A stretch of 64,000 nucleotides of DNA from Desulfobacterales bacterium (GCA_963668645.2 CAXXWC010000021.1:1-64000); one strand, 5' to 3'; counted from the stretch's first letter, positions 40,089 through 51,345 are shown. Notes: a model not told the origin generated them from the sequence alone. Translations and numbers: made by a program.

Positions 40089-40674
40089 ATGGCGATAGAA
40101 AACGAAAGAGAACGGGTCCGGGGTGCTTTCCCGAAGCTGTCCTTGATCGAAAACGAAACGCTGCACGCCAAAGTCATCGACATCTGGGTCCAGGCCTGGC
40201 GGTCGTCGAACTGGGAGGATCTCGAAGCGTGCCCCTTCAATCCGGAATTCCCTGACCTCTCCCTGGTGGGGCATGTCAACTGTTTGGCCGATCTTTTGCC
40301 GGCGGCGGTGGAGATACTCGGCCGACACTATCCTGAGGTCGCCTTGGACAACGACAGGCTTCTGGCCGGAGTCTTTCTTCACGATATCAGTAAGATTCTC
40401 GAAATCGAGCCGGGCCCGGACGGAACCCCGCAGTTCACCGAACTGACCCGTCAGATGCCCCACGCGGTATACGGCGCCTTTCTGGCGCTAAAGGCGGACC
40501 TGCCCCCTCGATCTGGTCAACATGATCCTGGCCCACACCCGGCATACGGGCGCCAAACCGGTTACGGGCGAAGCGGTGCTCCTGCACTATCTCGACTACA
40601 TGCTGGCCGACGTGCTGCGCTTCGGCAGATCCTTGGATCTGATCATGGAGGGAAAAAGTCGCTACGGGCGCTGA
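40089..40674 (+). pseudogene. HD-domain hydrolase with a +1 frameshift (true pseudogene or sequencing error)
   Basis: LVGHV...AGVFLHDISK...H..YGA; removing one C from the C5 run at 40503-40507 continues LPLDLVNMILAHT...PVTGEAVLLHYLD...RYGR* to TGA at 40674, which aligns with the HD protein at 10847..11434. Confidence 0.85.
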
Positions 40675-40725
40675 GGCCACGGGCGACATGTCATATCAAC
40701 ACCGTTTCGCAATGGAGAACAGTAG

Positions 40726-41943
40726 ATGAGTCATCAGTACAAGCAGGCACTAGAAGGAATACGGGTCCTCGACATTTCAAATCTGATCGCCGGCCCGGGC
40801 ATCTCCACCAACCTGGCCGACTTCGGCGCAGATGTGATCAAGATTGAGCATCCCAGGATGGGCGACTACCTGAGAAACTGGGGCGCAAAAAAAGACGGTG
40901 TCCCCCTGGCCTGGAAGATACAAGCCAGGGGCAAGCGACTGCTGGCTGTGGACATCAACAAACTCGAAGGGCAGCAGATCGTAAAAACACTGGCCGCCAA
41001 GGCCGACATCATGATCGAAAATTTCAGGCCGGGAAAGATAGAACAGTGGGGCCTGGGCTACGATGTGCTTTCGGCGCAGAACAAGAAGCTGATCCTGGTC
41101 CGGGTCACCGGGTGGGGCCAGACCGGACCATACAAGGAGCGCCCCGGTTTCGGAACCCTGGCCGAATCGGTCAGCGGTTTTGCCCACATTACGGGCCAGC
41201 CCGACGGCCCACCGACCCTGCCCCCCTTCGGCCTGGCGGACGGCGTCACCGCCCTAGTCGGCACCTACGCCGCCATGATGGCCCTCTACTACCGCGACAC
41301 CCAGGATGCTCCTGGGCAGGTCATCGACCTGAGCATCTATGAACCTTTCTTTTCCATCCTCGGCCCCCAAGCCATCGAGTACGATCAGCTCGGCATCGTC
41401 CAGGAACGCACCGGCAATCGCTCCCCCAGGGGCGTGCCGCGCAACTCTTACGAAACCGCCGACGGCCGCTGGGTCTCTATCTCGGCGGCCGCGGGCAATC
41501 TCGCCTTCAGGGTGTTCAAGGCCATCGGGCGGGAAGACATGGTCGATGATCCGAAATACGGCAGCGCCGCCAACCGGCTGGCCAACGGAGACGAGATCGA
41601 CGCCATCATTGCCGCCTGGATCAAGACGCGCCCGCTGAATGAGGTTCTGGCGACCTTTGAAGCGCACCAAGTGCCCATAGCGCCGATCTACGACATCGCC
41701 CAGATCATGCAAGACCCCCAGTACCAGGCGCGCAATACCGTCTGTGAAGTGGCGGATGAAGACTTCGGCGTGGTGAAAATGGCCAACATCCCCCCCCGAC
41801 TCTCGCTGACACCCGGTCGGATCCGGCACGCAGGGCGCACCCAGATCGGACATGACACGGTCCAGATCCTGAAGGAAGCGGGCTTCTCGGACAAGGAGAT
41901 ACACGACCTGGACGCACGCGGGATCGTCAAGATCGGCGCCTAA
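40726..41943 (+). CDS. Family III CoA-transferase (succinyl-CoA:malate/citramalate-like)
   Basis: IAGP...LADFGADVIKIEHP, ENFRPG, GWGQTGPY, PGFGTLAE, GLADG. Confidence 0.9.
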   Translation: MSHQYKQALEGIRVLDISNLIAGPGISTNLADFGADVIKIEHPRMGDYLRNWGAKKDGVPLAWKIQARGKRLLAVDINKLEGQQIVKTLAAKADIMIENFRPGKIEQWGLGYDVLSAQNKKLILVRVTGWGQTGPYKERPGFGTLAESVSGFAHITGQPDGPPTLPPFGLADGVTALVGTYAAMMALYYRDTQDAPGQVIDLSIYEPFFSILGPQAIEYDQLGIVQERTGNRSPRGVPRNSYETADGRWVSISAAAGNLAFRVFKAIGREDMVDDPKYGSAANRLANGDEIDAIIAAWIKTRPLNEVLATFEAHQVPIAPIYDIAQIMQDPQYQARNTVCEVADEDFGVVKMANIPPRLSLTPGRIRHAGRTQIGHDTVQILKEAGFSDKEIHDLDARGIVKIGA

Positions 41944-41969
41944 GTCGTTGGGCAGGAGGAAATGACGGT

Positions 41970-42839
41970 ATGATCAGAAGTGCGATCTATATCCCGGGCA
42001 ACCGGGAAAAGATGCTCGCCAAGGCCGGCCGGCTCGGTGCGGACGCAGTCATCCTGGACCTGGAAGATGCCGTTCCGTACGCGGAAAAAGACCGTGCCCG
42101 CGCGCTGGTACGCGAAAGCCTGGCGCACATCGACGGTCCCAAGCGGTTTGTGCGCATCAACGCCGAAGGCTCGGGACTGACCGAAAAGGACATCAGGGGC
42201 GTTTTCTGCGACCGGCTCGACGGCATCTATCTTCCCAAGGTGGAGTCGGTGCACCAGGTGCTGCGGATCCATGCCCTGCTCAGCGAGTTGGAAACGGCCA
42301 ACGGGTTCGAGCCCGGCAGGGTCCAGGTCCAGGTGATCTTCGAGTCGGCCCTCGGGATCCTCAACGCCTACACAATCCTCGCCGCCAGTCCCCAACGGGT
42401 CCGCCGGGCCGGCTGGGGGGCCGCCGACCTGAAACGGGACATCGGCCTCTGGAGCGGTACCACCCTGTGGGACGAAGAGGGCCGGGACCGCATCTTTCCC
42501 CAGTCACAGCTGGTGATGGCAAGCCGGGCCGCCGGCCGGCAGCCCCCCCAGGACAGTGTTTTCGGGCGGGTGAAGGATCTTGACGGCCTGCGCAAGGAGG
42601 CGCTGCATGCCCGGCGGCTCGGCTTCGGCGGCAAAAGCGCCATCCATCCCGACCAGGTAGCGGTGATCAACGAGGTCTTCTCCCCCACTGCCGAGGAGCT
42701 CACCTACGCGCACAAGGTGGTCGACGCTTTTGAAAAGGCCAAGCAGGAGGGTTCCGGCACGCTTATGGTCGGCAACGAGTTCGTCGATGTGGCCGTGGTC
42801 GACAACGCACTCAGGCTCCTGGAACGCCATGGTGAATAG
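41970..42839 (+). CDS. CitE-like acyl-CoA lyase (citryl/malyl/citramalyl-CoA lyase family)
   Basis: RSAIYIPG, ADAVILDLEDAV, FVRIN, LPKVES, FESA, GAAD, GKSAIHPDQV. Confidence 0.9.
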   Translation: MIRSAIYIPGNREKMLAKAGRLGADAVILDLEDAVPYAEKDRARALVRESLAHIDGPKRFVRINAEGSGLTEKDIRGVFCDRLDGIYLPKVESVHQVLRIHALLSELETANGFEPGRVQVQVIFESALGILNAYTILAASPQRVRRAGWGAADLKRDIGLWSGTTLWDEEGRDRIFPQSQLVMASRAAGRQPPQDSVFGRVKDLDGLRKEALHARRLGFGGKSAIHPDQVAVINEVFSPTAEELTYAHKVVDAFEKAKQEGSGTLMVGNEFVDVAVVDNALRLLERHGE

Positions 42840-42880
42840 CCGCGGGCCGGCTTTCAAACGATGATGATCGGTGGCTGCTC

Positions 42881-42917
42881 AAGCCCGCCTTCCGCAACGG
42901 AAGGCGGGCTTTTTTTT
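42881..42917 (+). terminator. Rho-independent terminator
   Basis: AAGCCCGCCTTCCG-CAA-CGGAAGGCGGGCTT followed by a T run. Confidence 0.92.
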
Positions 42918-43011
42918 CAGCGGAAAACCCCGGCGGCATCTGCCGCTTGCTGACTCTTCCCTGCCGGCCCATGGCCGGAATACGATCCAGATTTAGGATT
43001 CTCTTTAACGT

Positions 43012-43040
43012 TTGACGCCGTTCCGAACCCTTGCTATTGT
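43012..43040 (+). promoter_or_regulatory. Sigma70 promoter of the ALDH gene
   Basis: TTGACG-17 nt-TATTGT with an extended -10 TG. Confidence 0.55.
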
Positions 43041-43077
43041 CGCAGACAAATTAAGCGATTCCAAAAAGGAGGTCATT

Positions 43078-44613
43078 ATGGAGTTTCTCAACGCACTTGG
43101 CATCACCGAGAAAAACCTGGGGGCTTCGACCGGCAGGCAGTGGTTCGGTGGGGCCGGCGGCGAAGTGATGACGATCCGCTCGCCGGTGGACGGCCGGCCC
43201 ATCGCCGGCGTCTGCCCGGCTGCAGCCGAAGACTACGAACGGGTGGCGGCCGCGGCCCAGGCGGCGTTTCTCCAGTGGCGCCAGGTGCCGGCCCCCAAAC
43301 GCGGCGAGGTGGTCCGCCGCATCGGCGAACGCCTTCGGGCCTTCAAGGAGCCCCTGGGCCAACTGGTCACTTACGAGGTGGGAAAATCATTGCAGGAAGG
43401 TTTGGGCGAAGTCCAGGAGATGATCGACGTCTGCGATTTCGCCCTGGGCCAGTCGCGCCAGCTCTACGGGTTCACCATGGCCTCGGAGCGGCCCCACCAC
43501 CGCCTCTACGACCAGTACCATCCATTGGGGGTGGTGGGGGTGATCTCGGCGTTCAACTTTCCGGTGGCTGTCTGGTCGTGGAACGCCATGATCGCGGCGG
43601 TCTGCGGCGATGCCATTCTCTGGAAGCCGTCTTCCAAGGCCCCCCTTTCGGCCATCGCCGTGATGAACATCCTCAGGCCGGTAATCGAAGAGGCCGATCT
43701 TCCCGAAGGACTCTTTTCCCTGGTGATCGGCAGCGGGGCCACCGTGGGCGAGCGCCTGGTGGCCGACCGGCGCCTGCCGCTGGTCTCGATCACCGGCTCG
43801 ACCGCCGTGGGTCGGGAAGCGGCCGGGAAGGTGGCGGCCCGCTTCGGCCGCACCATCCTGGAACTGGGCGGCAACAACGCCATCATCGTCACGGCCAACG
43901 CCGATCTCAAGCTGGCCGTGGCCGCCACGGTATTCGGCGCGGTGGGCACCGCAGGCCAGCGCTGCACCACCACGCGCCGGCTCATCGTTCACGAGTCGGT
44001 CTACGACCGGGTCCGCGCGGCCCTGGTAACCGCCAACCAGGGGCTGCGCATCGGCACGCCGCTGGATGCGGCCAACCATGTGGGGCCGCTGATCGACACG
44101 GCGGCGGTGGCCGAGTTCCAGCGCGCCCTGGCCCAAGCCGTGGCGCAAGGTGCCACGATCCTTTACGGCGGCAAGGTGCTTGAAGGCGGGCCCTATGCAT
44201 CGGGATGCTACGTGCAGCCGGCCATCGTCGAGGCGACCAACGACCTTGCCGTGGTGCAGGAGGAGACCTTCGCTCCGATTCTCTACCTGATCCGCTACAG
44301 CGGCGGGGTGGAAAACGCCATCGCACTCCAGAACGACGTGGTCCAGGGGCTCTCTTCGGCGATCTTCACCAACGATCTGCACGAGACGGAGATCTTCCTG
44401 TCCTGCCAGGGTTCGGACTGCGGCATCGCCAACGTCAACATCGGCACCTCGGGGGCCGAAATCGGCGGGGCCTTCGGCGGCGAAAAGGAGACCGGCGGGG
44501 GCCGCGAGTCCGGCTCGGACGCCTGGAAGGGCTACATGCGCCGCCAGACTAACACGATCAACTACGGCACCGCCCTGCCCCTGGCCCAGGGGATCCGTTT
44601 CGATATCGGCTGA
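43078..44613 (+). CDS. Aldehyde dehydrogenase, ALDH7 (aminoadipate semialdehyde / piperideine-6-carboxylate dehydrogenase) type
   Basis: PAPKRGE, SAFNFPVAVW, LELGGNNA, GTAGQRCTT, GTSGAEIGGAFGGEKETGGGRESGSDAWK; AGGAGG RBS. Confidence 0.92.
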   Translation: MEFLNALGITEKNLGASTGRQWFGGAGGEVMTIRSPVDGRPIAGVCPAAAEDYERVAAAAQAAFLQWRQVPAPKRGEVVRRIGERLRAFKEPLGQLVTYEVGKSLQEGLGEVQEMIDVCDFALGQSRQLYGFTMASERPHHRLYDQYHPLGVVGVISAFNFPVAVWSWNAMIAAVCGDAILWKPSSKAPLSAIAVMNILRPVIEEADLPEGLFSLVIGSGATVGERLVADRRLPLVSITGSTAVGREAAGKVAARFGRTILELGGNNAIIVTANADLKLAVAATVFGAVGTAGQRCTTTRRLIVHESVYDRVRAALVTANQGLRIGTPLDAANHVGPLIDTAAVAEFQRALAQAVAQGATILYGGKVLEGGPYASGCYVQPAIVEATNDLAVVQEETFAPILYLIRYSGGVENAIALQNDVVQGLSSAIFTNDLHETEIFLSCQGSDCGIANVNIGTSGAEIGGAFGGEKETGGGRESGSDAWKGYMRRQTNTINYGTALPLAQGIRFDIG

Positions 44614-44664
44614 CAGGCGCAAGGGGCACGGAAGGACAATAAACAAGGATCAGGCAGGCAAGAC

Positions 44665-44714
44665 GCGGCCGGCTTCGAAAAGTGCAGCATGCCGGCACAT
44701 TTCGAAGCGGCCGC
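44665..44714. repeat. Imperfect inverted repeat (REP-like or bidirectional terminator) between convergent genes
   Basis: GCGGCCGGCTTCGAAAAGTGC ... GCACATTTCGAAGCGGCCGC. Confidence 0.6.
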
Positions 44715-44749
44715 AACAGCCGCATGGCGGCCTGAGTGGCAGTCTGACC

Positions 44750-45751
44750 TCAGCCCCGGATGCGCTCTTTCAAGGCCCGGATCAGGGCGATGGCAAACTG
44801 GTTGGCGTCTGCCACCACGGCCACGTCGGCCAGGCGCATCATGGTGGCGTTTTCGTTCTTGTTGACGGCGATGGTAAAGTCGGCGTCGCCGATGGCGGCC
44901 GTATGCTGGATCGCGCCGCTGATGCCGCAGGAGATCAGCACCTGGGGCCGTACCTGGCGCCCGGCCTGGCCCACCAGGGCATCCTGTTCGGCCCAGCCGG
45001 CGTAGACCACCGGACGCGTGGCCCCCACCTCCCCTTCCATCAGCCGGGCCAGTTCGAAAAGCTTCTTGAACTTTGCCCGGCTGCCCATCCCCCGTCCGCC
45101 GCAGACCACCACCCGGGCGTCTTCGAGGCGCTGCTCGCGAGGCGGCTGTTTTTGCACGTCGATCAGACGGACCCTTTCTGCGGGAAGATCGGCCGGCACA
45201 TCGATCTCCACCACCTCGGCCCGGGCGGCCCCGTCGTGGACCAGCTCCTTGAAGATCCCCGGCCGTACCGTGGCCATCTGGGGCCGGCTCTCAGGGGTCA
45301 CGATCTTGGCGATCAGGTTGCCGCCGAAGCTCGGGGCCGTCTGCACCAGCCGTCCCGCGTCATCGATGTCCAGCCCGATGCAGTCGGCCGTCAGGCCCGT
45401 TTCGAGCCGCCGGGCCACCCGCGGGGCGAACTCGCGGCCGAAATCGGTGGCCCCCACGAGGATGGTCTCGGGCTGATGGCGCCGGGCCAGGTCCACCATC
45501 AGGGCCGTGTAGGCCCCGATCCGGTAGCTGGCCAGGGATGGGTGGCGACAGACGTAGATCCGCTGGGCCCCGTGGGCCATGTACTCGCCGACCCATTCGT
45601 CCACATCATGGCCGAAAACCACGGCGCAGACCCGGCCCCCGGTGCGTTCAGCCAGCTGGCGGGCCCGGGCGAGCAACTGCAGGGTGACGCGGTTTTGAAA
45701 GTAGTTGCGCCAGTCGCCGAAGACCCAGATATCCTTGGATGTTGCGCTCAT
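44750..45751 (-). CDS. etfA: Electron transfer flavoprotein alpha subunit
   Basis: GLTADC, RPQMATVRPG, VVVCGGRG, GATRP, VGQAG, GISGAIQH. Confidence 0.93.
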   Translation of the reverse strand: MSATSKDIWVFGDWRNYFQNRVTLQLLARARQLAERTGGRVCAVVFGHDVDEWVGEYMAHGAQRIYVCRHPSLASYRIGAYTALMVDLARRHQPETILVGATDFGREFAPRVARRLETGLTADCIGLDIDDAGRLVQTAPSFGGNLIAKIVTPESRPQMATVRPGIFKELVHDGAARAEVVEIDVPADLPAERVRLIDVQKQPPREQRLEDARVVVCGGRGMGSRAKFKKLFELARLMEGEVGATRPVVYAGWAEQDALVGQAGRQVRPQVLISCGISGAIQHTAAIGDADFTIAVNKNENATMMRLADVAVVADANQFAIALIRALKERIRG

Positions 45752-46584
45752 GAATCCTCGTTATGGTCGTGGGTTTTCAGATCCTTGCCGATGGCCCCGA
45801 TGATCCGGTCGCCGAAGCGTTCGAGCAGTTCCTCGACGATCCGCTTGGGCGCGCCCTTGAGCACGAGGTTCTGCTTGCCGCTGACCGGCGAATAGACGTC
45901 AAGGATCCGCGTGGGCGAGGCCCGCAGGCCGATCCGGTCGGCCCCCAGGCCGAGGCTGCCGGCATCGCACACCCTGATGTCGGTCCGGTCGAAGGCCGCC
46001 GTCAGGCCGGCAAGCTCCACGTGGCGCGGTTCATAGGCCCGGGTCGAGACGGTCACCAGACCGGGAAGATCCATCTCCAGGGTTTCCAGAAAATCGTCGG
46101 CCAGCCGCTGCATCCGCAGCACCCCGCCGGCATAGGTCAGATTTTCGGCTCCGGCCACGCCGGGGATGTCGAGGGTTTCGGCCAACTGGGGACCCACCTG
46201 GGCCGTCTCGCTGTCGGCCGAACGGCAGCCGCAGAGGATCAGGTCGAAACCGGACGCCTCCTTCTCGATGGCTCGGGCCAGGGTTCGGGCCGTGATCAGG
46301 GTGTCTGCTCCGGCCATGCGCCGGTCGGTGAGCAGTACGGCGCGGTCCGCGCCCAGAGCCAGGGCTTCGCGCAAGACCTCTTCGGCCATGGGCGGGCCCA
46401 TGGTCACGGCGGTGATCGTGGCGCCGTGGGCCTGCTTGAGGCAGAGGGCGGCCTCCATGGCGTGCATCCCGGCCGGGTCCATCATCCCCTCGGCCAGTTC
46501 GCGGCGCAGGGTGCCGGTGGTGCTGTCCCAGGGCAGTTCGGATACCATGGGGACCTGTTTGAGACAGACAACGAGATTGAGCAT
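45748..46584 (-). CDS. etfB: Electron transfer flavoprotein beta subunit
   Basis: VVCLKQVP, TMGPP, AGADTLIT, DSETAQVGP, SPTRI; ATGA overlap with etfA. Confidence 0.93.
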   Translation of the reverse strand: MLNLVVCLKQVPMVSELPWDSTTGTLRRELAEGMMDPAGMHAMEAALCLKQAHGATITAVTMGPPMAEEVLREALALGADRAVLLTDRRMAGADTLITARTLARAIEKEASGFDLILCGCRSADSETAQVGPQLAETLDIPGVAGAENLTYAGGVLRMQRLADDFLETLEMDLPGLVTVSTRAYEPRHVELAGLTAAFDRTDIRVCDAGSLGLGADRIGLRASPTRILDVYSPVSGKQNLVLKGAPKRIVEELLERFGDRIIGAIGKDLKTHDHNEDS

Positions 46585-46630
46585 TGAAGATTCGCCTTGT
46601 GCGACGGCCGGGGGCCGGTGCCGCGATTTT

Positions 46631-47776
<1,146 letters not shown>

Positions 47777-48125
47777 TATCTTTTCGCGCTTCATAAATCG
47801 GTGTTGTTGAAATCCTTGCCCTGTAACTGACCGGGAAAAGATCCCGCGTGGCTGCCCGCCGGTCAAGGGATCGCGGGCTTCGAATAGCCCAGGTAGCCAG
47901 AAAATGCAAGATGAACGTATTGACGGCTATCCGCCGGGACTTGTAGGCGTCGCAGTACAATTCTTGATAGATAATCAGAAGGAAGGCGTGTTGCAGGAGA
48001 CCGCAGGGATGTGGAAAGATCGAACAGACTTTCCCTCAAGGCCCTTTGGTCGCAATGGGACAGGCATTGATTATGTAGGATTGGCGGTCTCCATGGTTTT
48101 TGATCTCTGGATTTGAAAAGCCTCC

Positions 48126-48797
48126 TCAATCATGGTGTGGAAACGTTCGACACACTATGCCAATAAGCAGACCGAATGGCAAAGCCCATTTATAAAGTAC
48201 CCGTTCGAGCGGTGAAGCAGAAACATAGGCAAGCGTTGAAGCGAACACGATGAATACTCCGATCAGGCAGAAAAAGCCTTGACTCGGTAGGCCGTCTGCT
48301 ATCGTGCGTGTCCATAGTAAAGAGGCCAGCAGAATGCCCAACACCGCCCATCCATACTGGATTTTGACAAGTTTTTCATCCGGCAAAGACTTTAAAATGA
48401 AGTAAAGGCCGGCGACAAGAGCCAAGAACAGAATGCCATGCCAAAAACGCAGGTGTGACGGTGTCTTTGCTCCAACAATAGCCCCTTCGGTAAAACGAAT
48501 AGAGACTACCATAGGTGGATATGCTGCCAAGAATATTCCCTTGAGCATTTCTTGCTTCAACCCAATGAACCCAATAGCAGCAACACAGATGGCCATGACC
48601 GTAGCAATCAATGGATTTTCTGAAAACGCATATTTCATTGCTCCTGCTGTAATAGCAACGACGAGAACCAGAAGCGCACCAAACGCGATGAGGATTGATT
48701 GATCCCGACTTAGCACAATAATTTCCACCTCGTCGATTGGAGGCATGAAACAAACGATGTCCATCGCGAAATCAAGATATGAAAGAAAGTCGGTCAT
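48126..48797 (-). CDS. Hypothetical polytopic membrane protein
   Basis: Open 223-codon frame with several hydrophobic segments; no recognised motif. Confidence 0.6.
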   Translation of the reverse strand: MTDFLSYLDFAMDIVCFMPPIDEVEIIVLSRDQSILIAFGALLVLVVAITAGAMKYAFSENPLIATVMAICVAAIGFIGLKQEMLKGIFLAAYPPMVVSIRFTEGAIVGAKTPSHLRFWHGILFLALVAGLYFILKSLPDEKLVKIQYGWAVLGILLASLLWTRTIADGLPSQGFFCLIGVFIVFASTLAYVSASPLERVLYKWALPFGLLIGIVCRTFPHHD

Positions 48798-49002
48798 TAA
48801 GTAGGTCTTTCGCGGATAGAAACGCCATAGTGAGTGTGGGTTATCGGGAACGCGGAACTCCGTCAGTTGAAGCTGTTGGCTATCGGCTCCTGCGAAAACA
48901 TCAATTCGTAACGCCAGATCGTTGTTATTCGTTATCCAGCAGGTAAGTACTCAATCAGTGAAGTCCGGAAACTTCCCCGATCATACGGAAGAGAAAACGA
49001 GA

Positions 49003-50037
49003 TTAGTTGCAGGGAATATTCGCTACCTCTCCCCCGGTGTCATCCTTGCATCCCTTGACCTTTAGAATTTCTGACGAAACATACCACTCCATGATCGAGC
49101 AAAGCGCTAGAAGTGCTTCTCTAACTTGCCTGGGCGAAAAATGCTTTGGGTGCGCTCCGTAGGTAGAGAGGCGATTGAGGTTACCCATTGATGTTACAAC
49201 ATACTCGGGAACTACATGTGCATGACCGATTTTGTCCAATATCCTTGCAAGCGGTTCGGTGCCACGTTCACGATTTAGGTTCTCTTTGCAGATTTGGGTG
49301 ACGATGACCTCCAACATTCTTCTGGCAACCAAAAGAGTGGCTACTGCATCGCGTGTCTCCCGTATCCGGATGAGTTCTTGTTCAATCAGGCTGGCTTTTC
49401 CCCGGACGCGTTCGTATAAGCCGGTTAGCTCTGCGAGTTCTGGATGCCACGCCATCTGATCGTCTATCGTCGAGATGGAAAGGGGGAGCTCGATTGCCGG
49501 CTTCATAGTAGCAACCTGGCCCCATTTACCTCTGAATTCATTTATTCTTGCGAGTTGCTTTTTGTCCAGTAAATCCTTCAACGATGGATCATCCTCTTGC
49601 AACAAGACACCCGCCCTCTCATTGTCGGCCATAACTCGGTCCAAATAGTCATCTATACGACGTTTCAGGCTTCTGGTATAAAGCGCCATAGCCAGTCCGA
49701 CCGTATCTATCGTGAACTGAAGGTCCACCATCGTCGTCGTTATGTCCGTCGCAAGGTAGCGATAGTGGGCGGTCGTATGCGTCCTGCCCAATCCTAACGG
49801 CATGCCTACATCAACAATGATATGGATTTCGTCTTTTGGGTCTGGCTTGGCGTCTTCCACGACTTGCATCTTCACGGTAACCCCGAACATTTTACCGTGG
49901 AATTTGCTTTTTGAGACTTTCTGCACCTGAAAAGGAGCATGGTTAACTGCCGTCATGATGTCGGTATTTGAAAGGACAAACCGAACCCATGGCCACGCCA
50001 CTCCAAACATCCTGCCCTTTTCGACTGATATTCTCAT
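49003..50037 (-). CDS. Two-domain protein: START/CoxG-like N-terminus plus DUF4145 (HEPN-like) C-terminus
   Basis: C-terminal ARRMLEVIV...LARILDKI...NLNRLSTYGAHP; N-terminal helix, beta sheet and long closing helix pattern; GAGG RBS. Confidence 0.6.
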   Translation of the reverse strand: MRISVEKGRMFGVAWPWVRFVLSNTDIMTAVNHAPFQVQKVSKSKFHGKMFGVTVKMQVVEDAKPDPKDEIHIIVDVGMPLGLGRTHTTAHYRYLATDITTTMVDLQFTIDTVGLAMALYTRSLKRRIDDYLDRVMADNERAGVLLQEDDPSLKDLLDKKQLARINEFRGKWGQVATMKPAIELPLSISTIDDQMAWHPELAELTGLYERVRGKASLIEQELIRIRETRDAVATLLVARRMLEVIVTQICKENLNRERGTEPLARILDKIGHAHVVPEYVVTSMGNLNRLSTYGAHPKHFSPRQVREALLALCSIMEWYVSSEILKVKGCKDDTGGEVANIPCN

Positions 50038-50050
50038 TTAATAATCCTCG

Positions 50051-51238
50051 TTAAGGAAATTGGGGCTTACGGGGAGGCCTAAGATACGGATACGAGCGAC
50101 CTCTCCAGCGGACCTCCAGTCCTAACAGACATCTTATCGCCGCTACCGTAACAGCGGTTGTCATAATTATAAGCCCGATGGGACTCGCAAATCCCCAGCA
50201 AATTGAACGTGAGTGGAGCCACCCGGCGAGTACGAAGGGAAGCGATGACAGGACATAAGTTGAGACAATGAATACTATGAGAGCGATGCCAGGAGCGTTT
50301 CCATCCAAAAGCCCGCCAAAAAAATTGACCAATAGTACAATAGGTCCAATGATAAATGCGGTTGATAGCAAGAGACTGAACCCACTCAGTGCAAACACCA
50401 GAAGTGGAGAATCACCAAGAAAAGAGATGGCTGGGCGGGAGACGGCTGAAACGAAACCTCCGAAGCCCTTGAAAAGACGTACGGAGACGGCCGGACTTAG
50501 ATCAAGAAACTGCGACTGCAGGCCCCTGCCTTTAAGCAATCGTGCGAGGGCGACATCATCCACGATCTGGTCGCGAATCGATGAATGTCCACCGTTCTGT
50601 CGGTATGCTTCCGTTCGAACGAGATTGAAGGCACCCGTTGCTGCTCCGCTCCGCGAGGCAGATAAACCAAGCGCTACGAAGGCCAAAGCCGAAAGCACAG
50701 GTCCTGTTATTGCGCTTGAAATATCCTCCAGATCGAGTCGGAAATTTCCTCCTATGTGGTCAAGTTTATCCTCTTTCATGTGGGTTATAATCTCTTTAAG
50801 AGGCAGGAGATTAAGGTGAACATCAGCATCGCTGAACAGGATGAAATCAGAGGTCACACGCTGGCTTGCCCAATGGATAGCATGTGACTTGCCTATCCAT
50901 CCAGAAGGAAGCTGGGGGGCTTCCAGGATCTGAACGCGGTTATCATTATATACTGTAGACCGAGCAATCTGAAGAGTGTCGTCCTCCGAGCCGTCATCCA
51001 CAAAAATAATCCGCTGGACACCTGGTAGAGCAATAAACTCACGGAGGGTACGCCCTACAGATTGTTCCTCATCCCGGGCAGCAACCACAATTGTCACCGA
51101 AGGCGGCAATTCTCCGGTTTTGTCATCGTACAACCAGCGCTTGAGGTTGAACCTGCGGCGAAAGACAATCAGCATCACTGAAAGTGTGATCCCCGCAACA
51201 GTGTTGATCAACCACGATGAAATCAACAACGGCATCAT
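50051..51238 (-). CDS. Membrane-bound GT2 glycosyltransferase (CrtQ/HpnB-like)
   Basis: VAARDEE, VDDGSEDDT, LPSGWIGKSHA, FSDADV, DDVALAR, C-terminal WRGRSY; AAGGAG RBS. Confidence 0.88.
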   Translation of the reverse strand: MMPLLISSWLINTVAGITLSVMLIVFRRRFNLKRWLYDDKTGELPPSVTIVVAARDEEQSVGRTLREFIALPGVQRIIFVDDGSEDDTLQIARSTVYNDNRVQILEAPQLPSGWIGKSHAIHWASQRVTSDFILFSDADVHLNLLPLKEIITHMKEDKLDHIGGNFRLDLEDISSAITGPVLSALAFVALGLSASRSGAATGAFNLVRTEAYRQNGGHSSIRDQIVDDVALARLLKGRGLQSQFLDLSPAVSVRLFKGFGGFVSAVSRPAISFLGDSPLLVFALSGFSLLLSTAFIIGPIVLLVNFFGGLLDGNAPGIALIVFIVSTYVLSSLPFVLAGWLHSRSICWGFASPIGLIIMTTAVTVAAIRCLLGLEVRWRGRSYPYLRPPRKPQFP

Positions 51239-51345
51239 TTATCGACTCCTTTACCAGGCATCTTGCGTTTGATTTTATCATGATAGATCCGCCATCTCAT
51301 GAGAAATCATCACAATACACCAGTCTCAGCTCCGGGCAGTGCTTA

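Noticed and set aside
48798..49002. Possible integron attC site between island genes
   Set aside because: No convincing paired RYYYAAC/GTTRRRY boxes or long imperfect palindrome; no integrase in the window.
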